Shown here: one piece after another, positions 19,069 through 30,478 of the stretch
Layout: each line of letters starts with the position of its first letter
How positions within the stretch are numbered: position 1 is the first letter of the stretch
Assembly (NCBI GenBank): GCA_045531765.1
Contig: JAZSEQ010000054.1
Location: 29,520 to 93,519 of the forward strand
Origin: Candidatus Cryptobacteroides sp.
Lineage (GTDB): Bacteria; Bacteroidota; Bacteroidia; Bacteroidales; UBA932
Direction: 5' to 3'
Length of the DNA: 64,000 nt
Notes under the pieces: model-generated
Database searches by the model: none
Seen by the model: the letters and a program-made list of their open reading frames with translations, nothing else
Told to the model about the DNA's origin: nothing
Program-made: the position numbers and the translations under genes

Positions 19069-20208
19069 TTGAGTTCTGCAGGGAAAATCATATACATGAC
19101 CGGTATTATGCTGCTTCTGGCTGTATCGACGGCAGGGAGGCATCCGGCACACGCCCAAGAAGACGTACCGCACCTGTTCCGTCCGGACACCCTGACAATC
19201 TGCGTATGCGGCGACATCATGATGCATACAGGACAGATCGAAAATGCGCGTATGAAGAACGGAGGATATGATTTTTCGGACTGCTTCAGACACATAAGGG
19301 AACTTGTCGGGAAAGCTGACATAAGCATAGCCAATATGGAGTTCCCGATAGCGGGAGAGCCCCATACCGGCTATCCGGAGTTTTCCGCGCCTGAGAGGAT
19401 AGCCGAAGATGTGGCCGAAGCAGGGTTTGACGTACTGCTCACGGCCAACAACCATATCTTCGACAAGGGCAGCAAAGGAGCTGCCATGACTGCAGAAACA
19501 TATGCAAGGCTGAAACGAAGCAGCGGTGTCCTGATGACAGGGCTCGCCGTAAGTCAGGAAGACCTGGAAAGGACAACCCCATTGAAGATAAGGATGAAGG
19601 GCTTTCAGATAGCGCTTATCAATATGACATATGGCACCAACCGGGGGGGCGACCTCCATTGGCCGAAGACAAACTATATAGGTCAGAGCCAAGCTGTTGA
19701 AACAGCACTCGGGAGAGCAGCCGGATCCGATTTCGTGCTTGCCCTGCCTCATTGGGGAACGGAATATGTACTGGAGCATTCCGAAAACCAGAAGACGACA
19801 GCACTCTGGCTTGCAGAAAAAGGAGCCGACATGATAATCGGGGCACATCCCCATGTAATTCAGGATACGGAGACACTGTCTCTCGAGGGAAAGGAAATCG
19901 AAGTCGTATATTCCCTGGGAAACACATTGTCCAACATGAGTGCGAAAAACACCCAGATGGGCCTTATGGCATGGATAAGGATTGTCCGTAACAAAATGGG
20001 AGACACGAAGATACTTCCCGTGGAATTCACTTATATATGGTGCTCCAGACCGAGAGGTTTCGATGACGGATACACAATCCTGCCAGTGGGGCGGTTCATA
20101 GGCAGGAAAGAGCTCTGGAAAGGCACATGGGACTATGACAAAATGATGGCAACCCTGGAACGTATCATGAATGCAACAGGCATAAAAGACAAGGACATTA
20201 AATTATAA
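19069..20208 (+). CDS. CapA / PGA_cap-family metallophosphoesterase
   Basis: GDIMMH, ANMEFP, ANNHIFD, PHWGTEY, GAHPHV, YSLGN. Confidence 0.9.
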   Translation: MSSAGKIIYMTGIMLLLAVSTAGRHPAHAQEDVPHLFRPDTLTICVCGDIMMHTGQIENARMKNGGYDFSDCFRHIRELVGKADISIANMEFPIAGEPHTGYPEFSAPERIAEDVAEAGFDVLLTANNHIFDKGSKGAAMTAETYARLKRSSGVLMTGLAVSQEDLERTTPLKIRMKGFQIALINMTYGTNRGGDLHWPKTNYIGQSQAVETALGRAAGSDFVLALPHWGTEYVLEHSENQKTTALWLAEKGADMIIGAHPHVIQDTETLSLEGKEIEVVYSLGNTLSNMSAKNTQMGLMAWIRIVRNKMGDTKILPVEFTYIWCSRPRGFDDGYTILPVGRFIGRKELWKGTWDYDKMMATLERIMNATGIKDKDIKL

Positions 20209-21161
20209 TGAGCAGAAATTCTATCAGACTTGAAGCAATCGATCCGATTGAAATTTACGGAGCGGCTAACAAAAATCTCGAAGCTCTATGCGGTTATTTT
20301 CCGGAGCTTAAGGTCGTGGCAAGAGGTAATGAGATCATTCTTGAAGGCAAGGACAATGATATCGAGGACTTTACAAGAAAGCTCCACATGCTTATAGAGC
20401 GCAGACAGCACAAGATGAACATAACCCCATACGACGTGGAGGACATTTTTGACGGGGAATGCACTCCGGACAGATTCAAGCTAAGCGGAGAGTCCGTCAT
20501 AGTGCACGGTAATGACGGAAAGCCGATAAAGGCGAGGAACCTGACTCAGCAGGCGATGGTGAAGGCATATTTCGACAACGACCTCATCTTCGCTGTTGGC
20601 CCTGCCGGAACAGGAAAGACATACATCGCCATTGCACTGGCCGTAAGAGCTCTGAAGAACAGGGAAATAAAGCGGATCATACTTACCAGACCCGCAGTCG
20701 AGGCCGGTGAGCGTCTGGGATTCCTCCCCGGGGACCTCAAGGACAAGCTGGACCCATATCTCCAGCCACTGTACGACGCTCTTGGAGACATGATTCCAGC
20801 GAAGAGACTCCAGGAATTCATGGCGGAAGGCACCATCCAGATAGCTCCGCTGGCATATATGAGAGGCCGTACTCTGGACCGGGCATGTGTGATTCTTGAC
20901 GAGGCACAGAACACTAATCTCGGCCAGCTCAAGATGTTCCTGACCCGTATGGGCTGCGACGCAAAATTCATAGTCACCGGAGACGCAAGCCAGATCGACC
21001 TTCCTAACAGAAAGGATTCAGGTCTGATGAAGGGCATCGAACTGACAGGAAACATAAAGGGTGTCAGCACCATCATCTTCAGAAACGAAGACATAGTGAG
21101 ACACCCTCTCGTATCAAAGATAGTCAAGGCCTTCGAAAAGGCCGAAGGAAAGGAAGGCTAA
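20208..21161 (+). CDS. phoH: PhoH-family ATPase
   Basis: GPAGTGKT, TRPAVEAGERLGFLPG, APLAYMRGRT, DEAQN. Confidence 0.95.
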   Translation: MSRNSIRLEAIDPIEIYGAANKNLEALCGYFPELKVVARGNEIILEGKDNDIEDFTRKLHMLIERRQHKMNITPYDVEDIFDGECTPDRFKLSGESVIVHGNDGKPIKARNLTQQAMVKAYFDNDLIFAVGPAGTGKTYIAIALAVRALKNREIKRIILTRPAVEAGERLGFLPGDLKDKLDPYLQPLYDALGDMIPAKRLQEFMAEGTIQIAPLAYMRGRTLDRACVILDEAQNTNLGQLKMFLTRMGCDAKFIVTGDASQIDLPNRKDSGLMKGIELTGNIKGVSTIIFRNEDIVRHPLVSKIVKAFEKAEGKEG

Positions 21162-22513
21162 AGAGCCTTTCCTTCCTTGACGATCGTATTGTACTTGTTA
21201 TAACCCTGCTCGTACTCAGGACCCTTGGTGCTGAAACGGTAGTAGATATTCTTCAGATACTCTGCAATATTCACCTTGAGAGCATTGTCTGTCGATGCGG
21301 CATATGCCTTCTCAAACGGATCAAGAGCACTCATGAGGGCATTCTCGAACTGCTCGGTAAGAGCCATCCACTTCTTGTCATCAAGCTCGGCTGAAGCCTT
21401 CTCCTGAAGGTCGATAGCGATGTTGTAGTACATCACACCCTTGCCGATGTGTCCGAAAGCATACTTAGGATCGATACCTGCACACGCATCATATGCAGCA
21501 ACCGCCTTGTTGAGAAGCTCCTCTGCTTTTGCAGGATCTGCCTCCTTGAGACGGAGCTCGTTGTAGATGTTACCCTCGACATAGTAGAGGGAAGCATTGT
21601 TAGGCTCGTTCTGCTTTGCCTCATTGATGAGTACGAAGAGACGGTCCGTATTGCTGCCGCTCTCGACATAGTAGTTGATAAGACCGATCAGGATGCTCTG
21701 GCTCTGAGGGAATTTCGCAAAACCTTCCTCAAGGACTCTCACTGAGCCTTCGTTGTCACCCAGATTCTTGTTCACGTCAGCAAGCTTTGCGAAAACTTCA
21801 CCATCCTCATAGAAGTAGTTCACAGCGAGACACTTCTCGAAGAAAGTCTTGGCTCTTGGGTAATCCTTCACCATCCATGCCGTAAATCCGGCATTATAGA
21901 GGGCGGTGGTATCGACCTGTGAGAGCGGTGCAGCCGCAGAAGCCTCAGCTGCCTTCTCGAACTTCTGACTTGCTGCTGCATAGTCCTCGAACATATAGCA
22001 GTTCATACCCTCGTCAAGAAACTTCCTTGAGATGTTTGCAAGGCCTTCCTTGATCTCCTTAGCCTTTGACTGCTTTACATCAACTGCCCATGCCTTCTGA
22101 TATGCGTCAAGGGCACCTTCAAGAGCATTCTCGACAACAGGTCTGGTAACGTTTATCAGTACAAGCTGTCCGCTCTGATTGAAATAGAACTCCTTGTCTG
22201 CATAGACATCCTTTGTACAAGGCTCTCCTCCGAGGACAACAGACTCAGTTGAAATCGGCTTCTCGCCACCCATGAGGAGCTGGAGTTCCTGCTTCTGTGC
22301 TCCGATCCATGCAGATCCTGACGGAGCATTATATGCATCTACGTACGCAGCTGCCAGCTTGAGCCATGTTGCAGGCTTGGCAGCCTTCTTCTCGTTCTGT
22401 GTGGCTTCCTGTGCCTTATTGACAGCCTTCAATGCAGCTCCGGCACCCTTTACCTGTGCATCAGCGGCCTGTACTGAAAGCAGCACTGCCAATGCGATAA
22501 GTATTCTCTTCAT
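21158..22513 (-). CDS. Secreted tetratricopeptide-repeat protein
   Basis: Signal peptide and Ala/Tyr-rich TPR-like helices (ALYNAG, EPNNASLYY); typical gyrA neighbour. Confidence 0.75.
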   Translation of the reverse strand: MKRILIALAVLLSVQAADAQVKGAGAALKAVNKAQEATQNEKKAAKPATWLKLAAAYVDAYNAPSGSAWIGAQKQELQLLMGGEKPISTESVVLGGEPCTKDVYADKEFYFNQSGQLVLINVTRPVVENALEGALDAYQKAWAVDVKQSKAKEIKEGLANISRKFLDEGMNCYMFEDYAAASQKFEKAAEASAAAPLSQVDTTALYNAGFTAWMVKDYPRAKTFFEKCLAVNYFYEDGEVFAKLADVNKNLGDNEGSVRVLEEGFAKFPQSQSILIGLINYYVESGSNTDRLFVLINEAKQNEPNNASLYYVEGNIYNELRLKEADPAKAEELLNKAVAAYDACAGIDPKYAFGHIGKGVMYYNIAIDLQEKASAELDDKKWMALTEQFENALMSALDPFEKAYAASTDNALKVNIAEYLKNIYYRFSTKGPEYEQGYNKYNTIVKEGKAL

Positions 22514-22534
22514 AATTTTTTTGGTATTAAGTTG

Positions 22535-25057
22535 TTATTCATTAATCTGTTCAACGTCAGCCGTTCCTTCAGCCTGCTGTTCAGGAGTTTCATCCTCAGT
22601 CTTGTTCACCGCTGAAACAGCAGCGATCGAGTCTCCGTCCTTGATATTGATCAGACGTACCCCCTGAGTAGCACGGCCTGCCACCTTGATGCCTGATACA
22701 GCCATGCGGATGGTCAGTCCCGAGCGGTTAATGATCATAAGGTCATTCTCATCCGTGACATTCTTGAGAGCCACAAGAGAGCCGGTCTTTTCAGTTATGT
22801 TGAGGGTCTTGACTCCCTTTCCTCCGCGGCTGGTCTTGCGATACTCATCAAAATCAGAGCGCTTTCCATATCCGTGTTCGCTGACTACCAGCACAGAGTG
22901 GTCCCCGGCATCTTCTGCCGAAGGATCATATACTATCATGCCCACAACCTCATCGTCATCATCAATATTGATGCCACGCACACCGGAAGCTGTCCTTCCA
23001 AGAGCTCTTGCGTCGGTTTCATCAAAGCGGCAGCAGCGGCCCTTGCGTCCGGCAATAAGTATCTCGCTGTTTCCATTGGTCATGACAGCCTCGAGAAGTT
23101 CATCTCCTTCACGCACAGTGATGGCGATGACACCGTTTGTACGAGGACGCGAATAGGCCTCAAGCGAAGTCTTCTTGATTATACCTCTCTTCGTACCGAG
23201 AACAATGAAGTTATTCTCTATATAATCCTGGTCCTTGAGGTTCTTCACATTGAGATATGCCTTGATCTTGTCATCCGGTTCAATGTTTATCACGTTCTGG
23301 ATTGCACGGCCCTTTGAAGCACGCGACCCTTCAGGAATCTCATATACCTTGAGCCAGTAGCACTTTCCGTTCTGGGTGAACAGAAGCATGGTACTGTGCA
23401 TGTTGGCCACATATATGTGCTCGATGAAATCTTCATCACGTGTCGCACTTCCCTTCATTCCCACACCGCCTCTGTTCTGGAGACGATACTCGGAGAGAGA
23501 AGTCCTCTTGATATATCCGAGGTGGGAGATAGTGATGACGACATCCTCATCGGCATAGAAATCCTCCGGATTGAACTCCTCGGCAGAAAGTGCTATTTCC
23601 GTCCTGCGGGCATCCCCATACTTCTCCTTCATCTCAAGGGTCTCATCCTTTATGATACCCAGCTGAAGACTCTCATTTGCAAGCACATCCTCGCAATAGC
23701 GGATAAACTTCATGAGCTCGTCGTACTCGTTCTGGAGCTTTTCCCTCTCGAGTCCCGTGAGCTGACGGAGCCTCATCTCCACGATTGCAGTAGCCTGAGC
23801 CTCAGAAAAATCAAATGCAGCAACAAGCTCGTTCTTCGCATCCTCGACACTCTTGGATGCACGGATGATCCTGATTATCTCATCAATCACATCAAGGGCC
23901 TTGAGCAGTCCCTCGAGGATATGAGCCCTCTTCTGCGCCTTGTCAAGGTCAAACTTCGTCCTGCGCACCACGACCTCGTGTCTGTGCTTCACGAAATACT
24001 TGATAAGATCCTTCAGGTTAAGCGTGCGCGGACGCCCGTTCACAAGAGCGACATTGTTCACCGAGAAGCTCGACTGAAGAGGAGTATACTTGAACAGGGT
24101 GTTGAGCACCACGTTCGAGTTCGCATCCTTCTTCAGACGTATTACGATACGCACTCCCTTCATTGTGGTCTCGTCGTTGATATAGGCTATGCCTTCTATC
24201 TTCTTGTTCTCCACAAGTTCCGCGATCTTCTCGATCATCTCGCGCTTGTTCACCATATACGGTATCTCGGTAACCACGATTGTCTCGCGGCCCGAATCAC
24301 TCACCTCGATGTCTGTCTTGGAGCGGATGACGATACGGCCCCTTCCGGTTTCGAAAGCATCCTTTATGCCCTGACGTCCCTGAATGATGCCGCCTGTAGG
24401 AAAATCCGGTCCCTTGACATACTGCATCAGTTCCTCGACCGTGATCTCAGGATTGTCTATATATGCACAAATGGCATCACAGCACTCCGAAAGGTTGTGC
24501 GGAGCCATGTTCGTCGCCATACCTACGGCAATTCCGGAAGATCCGTTCAAAAGAAGGAGAGGCACCTTTGTCGGAAGTACGGTCGGCTCCTGGAGGGAGT
24601 CGTCGAAATTGTTCTGAAAATCGACAGTATCCTTATCAAGATCCGCAAGCACCTCATCAGAAAGTCTGGAAAGCTTCGCCTCAGTATAACGCATGGCAGC
24701 CACAGGGTCTCCATCCATGGATCCGAAGTTACCCTGACCGAACACCAGAGGATACCTCAGGCTCCAGTCCTGAGCCATTCTTGCCATTGCATCATACACA
24801 CTGGAATCACCATGAGGGTGATACTTACCGAGCACCTCTCCGACAATACGGGCAGACTTCTTTGTCTGGCTCGTATGCCTCAATCCCAGACCATCCATTC
24901 CGAACAGGACCCTTCTATGGACCGGTTTGAATCCGTCACGCACATCAGGAAGAGCACGGGAGACGATCACAGACATCGAGTAGTCGATATACGCGCTCCT
25001 CATCTGCTGGTCGATGTTCACCTGCTCTATCCTTCCTGTCTTTACTTCATTTTCCAT
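22535..25057 (-). CDS. gyrA: DNA gyrase subunit A
   Basis: [26 protein letters not shown] catalytic Tyr, GyrA-box QNRGGVG. Confidence 0.98.
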   Translation of the reverse strand: MENEVKTGRIEQVNIDQQMRSAYIDYSMSVIVSRALPDVRDGFKPVHRRVLFGMDGLGLRHTSQTKKSARIVGEVLGKYHPHGDSSVYDAMARMAQDWSLRYPLVFGQGNFGSMDGDPVAAMRYTEAKLSRLSDEVLADLDKDTVDFQNNFDDSLQEPTVLPTKVPLLLLNGSSGIAVGMATNMAPHNLSECCDAICAYIDNPEITVEELMQYVKGPDFPTGGIIQGRQGIKDAFETGRGRIVIRSKTDIEVSDSGRETIVVTEIPYMVNKREMIEKIAELVENKKIEGIAYINDETTMKGVRIVIRLKKDANSNVVLNTLFKYTPLQSSFSVNNVALVNGRPRTLNLKDLIKYFVKHRHEVVVRRTKFDLDKAQKRAHILEGLLKALDVIDEIIRIIRASKSVEDAKNELVAAFDFSEAQATAIVEMRLRQLTGLEREKLQNEYDELMKFIRYCEDVLANESLQLGIIKDETLEMKEKYGDARRTEIALSAEEFNPEDFYADEDVVITISHLGYIKRTSLSEYRLQNRGGVGMKGSATRDEDFIEHIYVANMHSTMLLFTQNGKCYWLKVYEIPEGSRASKGRAIQNVINIEPDDKIKAYLNVKNLKDQDYIENNFIVLGTKRGIIKKTSLEAYSRPRTNGVIAITVREGDELLEAVMTNGNSEILIAGRKGRCCRFDETDARALGRTASGVRGINIDDDDEVVGMIVYDPSAEDAGDHSVLVVSEHGYGKRSDFDEYRKTSRGGKGVKTLNITEKTGSLVALKNVTDENDLMIINRSGLTIRMAVSGIKVAGRATQGVRLINIKDGDSIAAVSAVNKTEDETPEQQAEGTADVEQINE

Positions 25058-25149
25058 ATATGCAACTTACTATTTACACTTCAATATATATCTTGGCAAA
25101 GTTACGAAAAATTTAGTAATTTTGTGCAATTATTATAAGATAATTATTC

Positions 25150-27471
25150 ATGGAGATACGTGTATCAGACCAGCTGAATTCCATAATCAACTACTCGAGG
25201 GAAGAAGCCATGAGAACGGGCAGCTACGGCATAGCACCCGACCATCTTTTTCTCGGCATACTGCGCCATAAGGAGAACTCAGCCACCGACGCCCTGGTGG
25301 GAACAGGGACCGACATCGAAGAGATGAAGCAGTTCATAGACAGCCATATATTCACAAACGAACACATCCCCTACTCGGAAATAGAAAACATCTCATTCTC
25401 AAGAGGGGCACAGAACGTACTGAGCTTCACCATACTCGAGGCGACCAAGCTCAGAAGCAGGGAGGCAGGGCCTCAACATCTGCTGCTGGCCTTATGCAGG
25501 GCTGCCGGATCATATGGATGCTCATACCTGAGAGACAACGGGATAGACTATGGATATCTGTTCAGGTATATGGACCGCAACCATATGCTTGAACGCGGAG
25601 AGGATGAGGATGAGTCTCAGATCGGGAGCCCGAATGCGGAGATACACATAAAGCCGGCGGAGGAGAAGACGGAAGAAGAACAGGCATCTCCTCTGAAGGA
25701 ATTCGGCTACGACATCACCCAGGCTGCACGCGAAGGACGGCTTGACCCTCTCGTGGGACGTGAGGATGAAATACAGAGAGTGATACAGATCCTCGGAAGA
25801 CGAAGGAAGAACAACCCGATGCTTGTCGGAGACCCGGGCGTGGGGAAATCGGCCATTGTGGAAGGCATTGCGATAAAGATCATCAACGACGACGTGCCTT
25901 CTGTCCTTGCCGGGAAAAGGCTCATTTCTCTGGACTTGGGGGCGATTGTGGCAGGTACAAAATACCGCGGGGATTTTGAGAAAAGGCTGAAGGCCATCAT
26001 CAAGGAAGTGGCTGAAAGTCCTGATGTCATTCTCTTCATAGACGAATTCCACACAATTGTCGGAGCAGGCGGGGCATCCGGAAGTCTGGACGCAGCCAAT
26101 ATGCTCAAGCCTGCACTCGCAAGAGGAGACATACAGTGTATCGGAGCCACCACGCTGGACGAATTCAGGAAGACCGTGGAGAAGGACGGAGCCCTGGACA
26201 GGAGGTTCCAGAAGATCATAGTGGACCACACCGACATCCCTCACACAGTGTCTATCCTCAACCGCCTCAAAGCCAACTACGAGAAGCACCATAACGTCAT
26301 ATACACAGAGGAGGCCATAGAGGCATGTGTCAGGATGTCTGACAGATACATTACAGACAGATGTCTGCCGGACAAGGCCATCGACGCGATGGACGAGGCA
26401 GGATCCATGGTACGCCTGAAGAATCCGAAAAGGACCGGAAGGGTAAGCGCAGAGGATGTTGCCAAGGTGATATCCAAAATGACGGGCATCCCGTCCGGAA
26501 GGGTAGCTGAAAGCGAAGGAGGCAAGCTCATGAAGATGCAGCAGAAGCTTCAGGAACGCATTATAGGACAGGATGAAGCCATCGAAAAGGTAGTGCGCGC
26601 AATAAGACGCAACAGAGCCGGCATCAAGGATCCGGGCAAGCCGATAGGCACATTCATATTCTTCGGTCCGACCGGAGTGGGAAAGACACAGCTTGCAAAG
26701 TCACTCGCAGAGTATCTCTTTGATTCCGAGGAGAATATGATCAGACTGGACATGAGTGAATACATGGAGAAATTCAACGTTTCGAGACTGATTGGAGCCC
26801 CTCCGGGATATGTAGGATTCGAAGAAGGAGGGCAGCTCAGCGAAAGAGTCAGACGCAAACCATATTGCGTAGTCCTGCTTGATGAGATCGAGAAGGCGCA
26901 CCCGGACGTCTTCAACCTTCTCCTTCAGGTGATGGACGAAGGGCGTCTTACCGACAGTAACGGAAGGACCATAAGCTTCCGGAACACTATAGTCATAATG
27001 ACATCGAATGTAGGCAGCAGGGAACTCGACGAATACGGCAGCGGAGTGGGCTTCAACACAGCAGGCAAGAATCTCGGAAACAACAGGAAGAGCATCCTCG
27101 AGAAGGCTGTGAGGAAAGCGTTCCCGCCTGAATTCATCAATAGGGTTGATGAGCAGGTCTTCTTCAGGGCGCTCGACAGGAAAGATATCGAGAAGATCAT
27201 AGACATCGAACTCAAGGAACTGAAACAGAGAGTGACGGAAGCCGGATTCACTCTGAATGTCACCCCATCCGCCAAGAGGTTTGTAGCCGAGGCAGGATAC
27301 GATCCAAGCTATGGAGCCAGACCGCTGAAAAGGGCCGTACAGCGACACATAGAAGATCCCGTTTCCGAACAGATCATCACAGACCGGATGTCCGGTGACA
27401 ACCATTCGGGAGGTACACTCCGCGTGAGCCTGTCAAAGGACAAGGAGAGCACCGTCGTTGAGTGGAAATAA
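25150..27471 (+). CDS. clpC: Clp protease ATP-binding subunit, ClpC/ClpA-like, without an M-domain
   Basis: Clp N domain, two AAA+ modules (GDPGVGKS, GPTGVGKT), GVGF ClpP-binding loop. Confidence 0.85.
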   Translation: MEIRVSDQLNSIINYSREEAMRTGSYGIAPDHLFLGILRHKENSATDALVGTGTDIEEMKQFIDSHIFTNEHIPYSEIENISFSRGAQNVLSFTILEATKLRSREAGPQHLLLALCRAAGSYGCSYLRDNGIDYGYLFRYMDRNHMLERGEDEDESQIGSPNAEIHIKPAEEKTEEEQASPLKEFGYDITQAAREGRLDPLVGREDEIQRVIQILGRRRKNNPMLVGDPGVGKSAIVEGIAIKIINDDVPSVLAGKRLISLDLGAIVAGTKYRGDFEKRLKAIIKEVAESPDVILFIDEFHTIVGAGGASGSLDAANMLKPALARGDIQCIGATTLDEFRKTVEKDGALDRRFQKIIVDHTDIPHTVSILNRLKANYEKHHNVIYTEEAIEACVRMSDRYITDRCLPDKAIDAMDEAGSMVRLKNPKRTGRVSAEDVAKVISKMTGIPSGRVAESEGGKLMKMQQKLQERIIGQDEAIEKVVRAIRRNRAGIKDPGKPIGTFIFFGPTGVGKTQLAKSLAEYLFDSEENMIRLDMSEYMEKFNVSRLIGAPPGYVGFEEGGQLSERVRRKPYCVVLLDEIEKAHPDVFNLLLQVMDEGRLTDSNGRTISFRNTIVIMTSNVGSRELDEYGSGVGFNTAGKNLGNNRKSILEKAVRKAFPPEFINRVDEQVFFRALDRKDIEKIIDIELKELKQRVTEAGFTLNVTPSAKRFVAEAGYDPSYGARPLKRAVQRHIEDPVSEQIITDRMSGDNHSGGTLRVSLSKDKESTVVEWK

Positions 27472-27472
27472 G

Positions 27473-27595
27473 CTAAAGCAGACTTACCTCCTTGATTTCC
27501 AGTCCCATATCGTCTATCATGCCCATAAGGGTTGCGAATGATGATTCGGAAGAAAGCATAGAGCTGATGTAAGCGAGGGTATTGTCTGTATTCAT
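27473..27595 (-). CDS. Unannotated 40-aa small protein
   Basis: MNTDNTLAYISSMLSSESSFATLMGMIDDMGLEIKEVSLL*; TATCTTTG promoter at 27621-27628 and an A-rich leader; fills the intergenic gap. Confidence 0.6.
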   Translation of the reverse strand: MNTDNTLAYISSMLSSESSFATLMGMIDDMGLEIKEVSLL

Positions 27596-27666
27596 GGCAC
27601 GTTGTTTTTATTGTTTGATGCAAAGATAGACCTACGTTGTGCCAACTTACGGCACAAATAAAGAAT

Positions 27667-28335
27667 ATGCGGACAAAACTTATAATTTTTGACCTTGACG
27701 GCACCCTGCTTGACACACTGGAGGACCTTGCCCAGGCATGCAATCATGCACTGGAAATGTGTGCCTGCCCTACAAGGCAGCCAGACGAGTACAGGATGCT
27801 GGTCGGCAGAGGAATAACAAATCTCTTCAGAGGCGCGCTTCCCGAAGGACGCAGGAGCGATGAGATGGTGGAGAAGATGCGAAGCCATTTCCTTCCATAT
27901 TACGGGGAACATGGATGCGACTTCACAAGGCCATATCCGGAAATCCCTGAACTGCTTGAGCGCCTGCATGAGGCAGGCATACGCACAGCTGTCGCCTCCA
28001 ACAAATTTCAGGCTGGCACGGAACAGCTGGCTTGCCGTTATTTCGGCAGTCATGAGTTCATCTGCATCCTGGGACAGAGAGAGGATAAGCCTATAAAACC
28101 TGACCCGGGCATAATTTTGGAAGCGATGGAGTACCTCCCCGGCATCAGCAAGGAAGAAGTGATTTACTGCGGCGATTCCGATGTGGACATGCAGACAGGG
28201 ATCAATGCAGGCGTAAGGACTGTCGGGGTGACATGGGGCTTCAGGAGCCGGCAGGAACTTGAAGCATACAATCCCTGGCTGGTTGCCGACACACCGGAAC
28301 AGATTTATGAGGCAGCCACGACAGAAATCGGGTAA
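27667..28335 (+). CDS. HAD-family phosphatase (phosphoglycolate phosphatase-like)
   Basis: FDLDGTLLDT, SNK, KPDP, GDSDVD. Confidence 0.9.
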   Translation: MRTKLIIFDLDGTLLDTLEDLAQACNHALEMCACPTRQPDEYRMLVGRGITNLFRGALPEGRRSDEMVEKMRSHFLPYYGEHGCDFTRPYPEIPELLERLHEAGIRTAVASNKFQAGTEQLACRYFGSHEFICILGQREDKPIKPDPGIILEAMEYLPGISKEEVIYCGDSDVDMQTGINAGVRTVGVTWGFRSRQELEAYNPWLVADTPEQIYEAATTEIG

Positions 28336-28372
28336 AAACACTATATTTGGAGATTCATAACTGTTGTAAACA

Positions 28373-29530
28373 ATGAACTACACTGAAAAACTCGCCAAAT
28401 ACACACTCGCGGCAGCAGGCATCGCACTGGCAGGAGGAATCTGCTGGTACTTCAGGAGCGTACTTGTATACATACTGCTCGCAGTAGTGGTATCACTCAT
28501 CGGAAAGCCTGTGATGACAATACTGCAGAAAATCAGAATAAAAGGGAGAAAGGCTCCGGACTGGTTCCTGGCCGCATTTACATTGGTGTTCCTGATGGTG
28601 ATATTCACAGCTGTGGTAACGATGATAGTACCTATAGTAAGCGGGATTGTGAAGAACATTTCGCTTGCAAACATAGAGAATGCCGCCAGACATATCGCCA
28701 TTCCTCTTGCCAACTTCAACGCCTTCCTCATCGAGACTTTCCCCAGACTCGGCCCGGATTTCAGGATAGAGGTGGCGGCGGCGCAGGAACTCCAGAAGAT
28801 CTTTGACCCTTCTGCATTCTCCTCGATGATCGGCTCTGCGGCTTCCATATTGACAGACCTCGGCATCGGCATATTCTCAGTGGTATTCATCAGTTTCTTC
28901 TTCATAAAGGATGACGGTCTCTTCACTTCAATGGTGACATCTCTTGTGCCGGACAAACATGAAAAAAACGCATCAGCAGCGATAGCCGATATCGGATACC
29001 TGCTTTCTAGATATTTCACAGGAGTTGTCATCGAGGTCCTCGGAGTCGCACTTCTGAACTTTCTCGGTCTGCTCATAATAGCGAGACTTGGTCTTAATGC
29101 AGCGCTGGGAATCGCCTTCCTCACAGGAATACTCAACGTAATCCCATATGTCGGTCCACTTTTCGGAGGTATTATCGGCACAATACTGGGACTCATACTC
29201 AAATACAGCAGTTCAACGCCGATCGGTCTTGACGTAAACTTCTGGGTATTCACTGTCATACTGGTCGCTATCTTCTGCGTGACACAGCTTGTGGACAATT
29301 TCCTCTATCAGCCGGTCATTTATTCCACAAGCATCAAGGCAAAGCCTCTGGAAATATTCATCGTGCTGCTCATAGTAGGTCACCTCGGAGGACCTGTCGC
29401 CATGATTGCAGCAATACCTTCATACACGGCAGTACGCGTGATTGCCTTCCGATTCTTCAGCAATGTCAAGGCAATACAGCGGCTGATTCCATCCGATAGA
29501 CTTCTTACAGAACATGAAAACAAGGAATAG
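28373..29530 (+). CDS. AI-2E family transporter
   Basis: Multi-TM protein; LNVIPYVGP, QLVDNFLYQP, AIP motifs. Confidence 0.88.
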   Translation: MNYTEKLAKYTLAAAGIALAGGICWYFRSVLVYILLAVVVSLIGKPVMTILQKIRIKGRKAPDWFLAAFTLVFLMVIFTAVVTMIVPIVSGIVKNISLANIENAARHIAIPLANFNAFLIETFPRLGPDFRIEVAAAQELQKIFDPSAFSSMIGSAASILTDLGIGIFSVVFISFFFIKDDGLFTSMVTSLVPDKHEKNASAAIADIGYLLSRYFTGVVIEVLGVALLNFLGLLIIARLGLNAALGIAFLTGILNVIPYVGPLFGGIIGTILGLILKYSSSTPIGLDVNFWVFTVILVAIFCVTQLVDNFLYQPVIYSTSIKAKPLEIFIVLLIVGHLGGPVAMIAAIPSYTAVRVIAFRFFSNVKAIQRLIPSDRLLTEHENKE

Positions 29531-30476
29531 ACTCAAGACATTGGCCGCAGGACTCCTTATCCTTGCCGGCATCACTGAAATTTCAGCACAGGAAATGATC
29601 ACTCCAGACCACACATACATGTTCGCACAGAGAGATACCTGCGAACTTTACATGGATATATATGAGCCGGCAAAGGACAGTCAGACGACATTCGAAGGAA
29701 AGGCGAAGCCGACAGTCATGTTCATGTTCGGAGGCGGATTCATAGATGGTTCCCGGGATGATGAAGACTATCTGGAATGGTTCCGTCAGATGACAGACAA
29801 CGGCTACAGGATTATATCGATAGATTACAGACTCGGGCTCAAGGGATCCGACAAGGTGGGGATTGCTCAGGTAAACGTCCTGGACAAGGCCATACATATG
29901 GCTGTAGAGGACCTGTTCAGCGCAACAGAATTCATCATCGAGAATGCAGATGCACTGGGAGTGGACCCATACAACATCGTGGTCAGCGGTTCCTCGGCCG
30001 GAGCCATAAGCGTGATGCAGGCTGAATACGAAATAGCCAACCGCACAGCATGGGCATCCGTCCTTCCGGCCGGATTCAACTACGCCGGAGTGATGTCATT
30101 CTCCGGAGCCATTCTGTCAAGGGAAGGACTTGTAGACTTCGAGACCGAACCTTGCCCTACCCTGATGCTTCACGGCACCGCAGACGAACTCGTTCCATAT
30201 AAGCAGATACGTTTCCTGCATCTGGGATTCTTCGGAGGCGGCAAGCTGGTGGAAAGATATAAGAAATTCGGATACAACTTCAACATGTATCACTTTATGG
30301 ACTACGGGCATGAGATAGCGATGTCCATGGAGACCACCCTTGACCTGCAGAACGACTTTCTCGAAACTAATGTAATCCAGGGCAAGAAAAGAATCGTCGA
30401 GGCCTGGATATCAGACCCCGACGTATTGAAAGGCGGTAACGGCCCTCAGTCGCGCGACGAACTGTACGGCAACTGA
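29514..30476 (+). CDS. Secreted alpha/beta-hydrolase (carboxylesterase-like)
   Basis: Signal peptide; FGGGF, IDYRLG, GSSAG, HGTAD, GH. Confidence 0.85.
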   Translation: MKTRNRLKTLAAGLLILAGITEISAQEMITPDHTYMFAQRDTCELYMDIYEPAKDSQTTFEGKAKPTVMFMFGGGFIDGSRDDEDYLEWFRQMTDNGYRIISIDYRLGLKGSDKVGIAQVNVLDKAIHMAVEDLFSATEFIIENADALGVDPYNIVVSGSSAGAISVMQAEYEIANRTAWASVLPAGFNYAGVMSFSGAILSREGLVDFETEPCPTLMLHGTADELVPYKQIRFLHLGFFGGGKLVERYKKFGYNFNMYHFMDYGHEIAMSMETTLDLQNDFLETNVIQGKKRIVEAWISDPDVLKGGNGPQSRDELYGN

Positions 30477-30478
30477 CC

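Noticed and set aside
23396-25138. 580-aa ORF antisense to gyrA, and similar long antisense ORFs over kduI, ettA, fabK, the AI-2E gene and the AsmA-like gene
   Set aside because: Shadow frames produced by codon bias of real genes on the other strand; no recognisable motifs.
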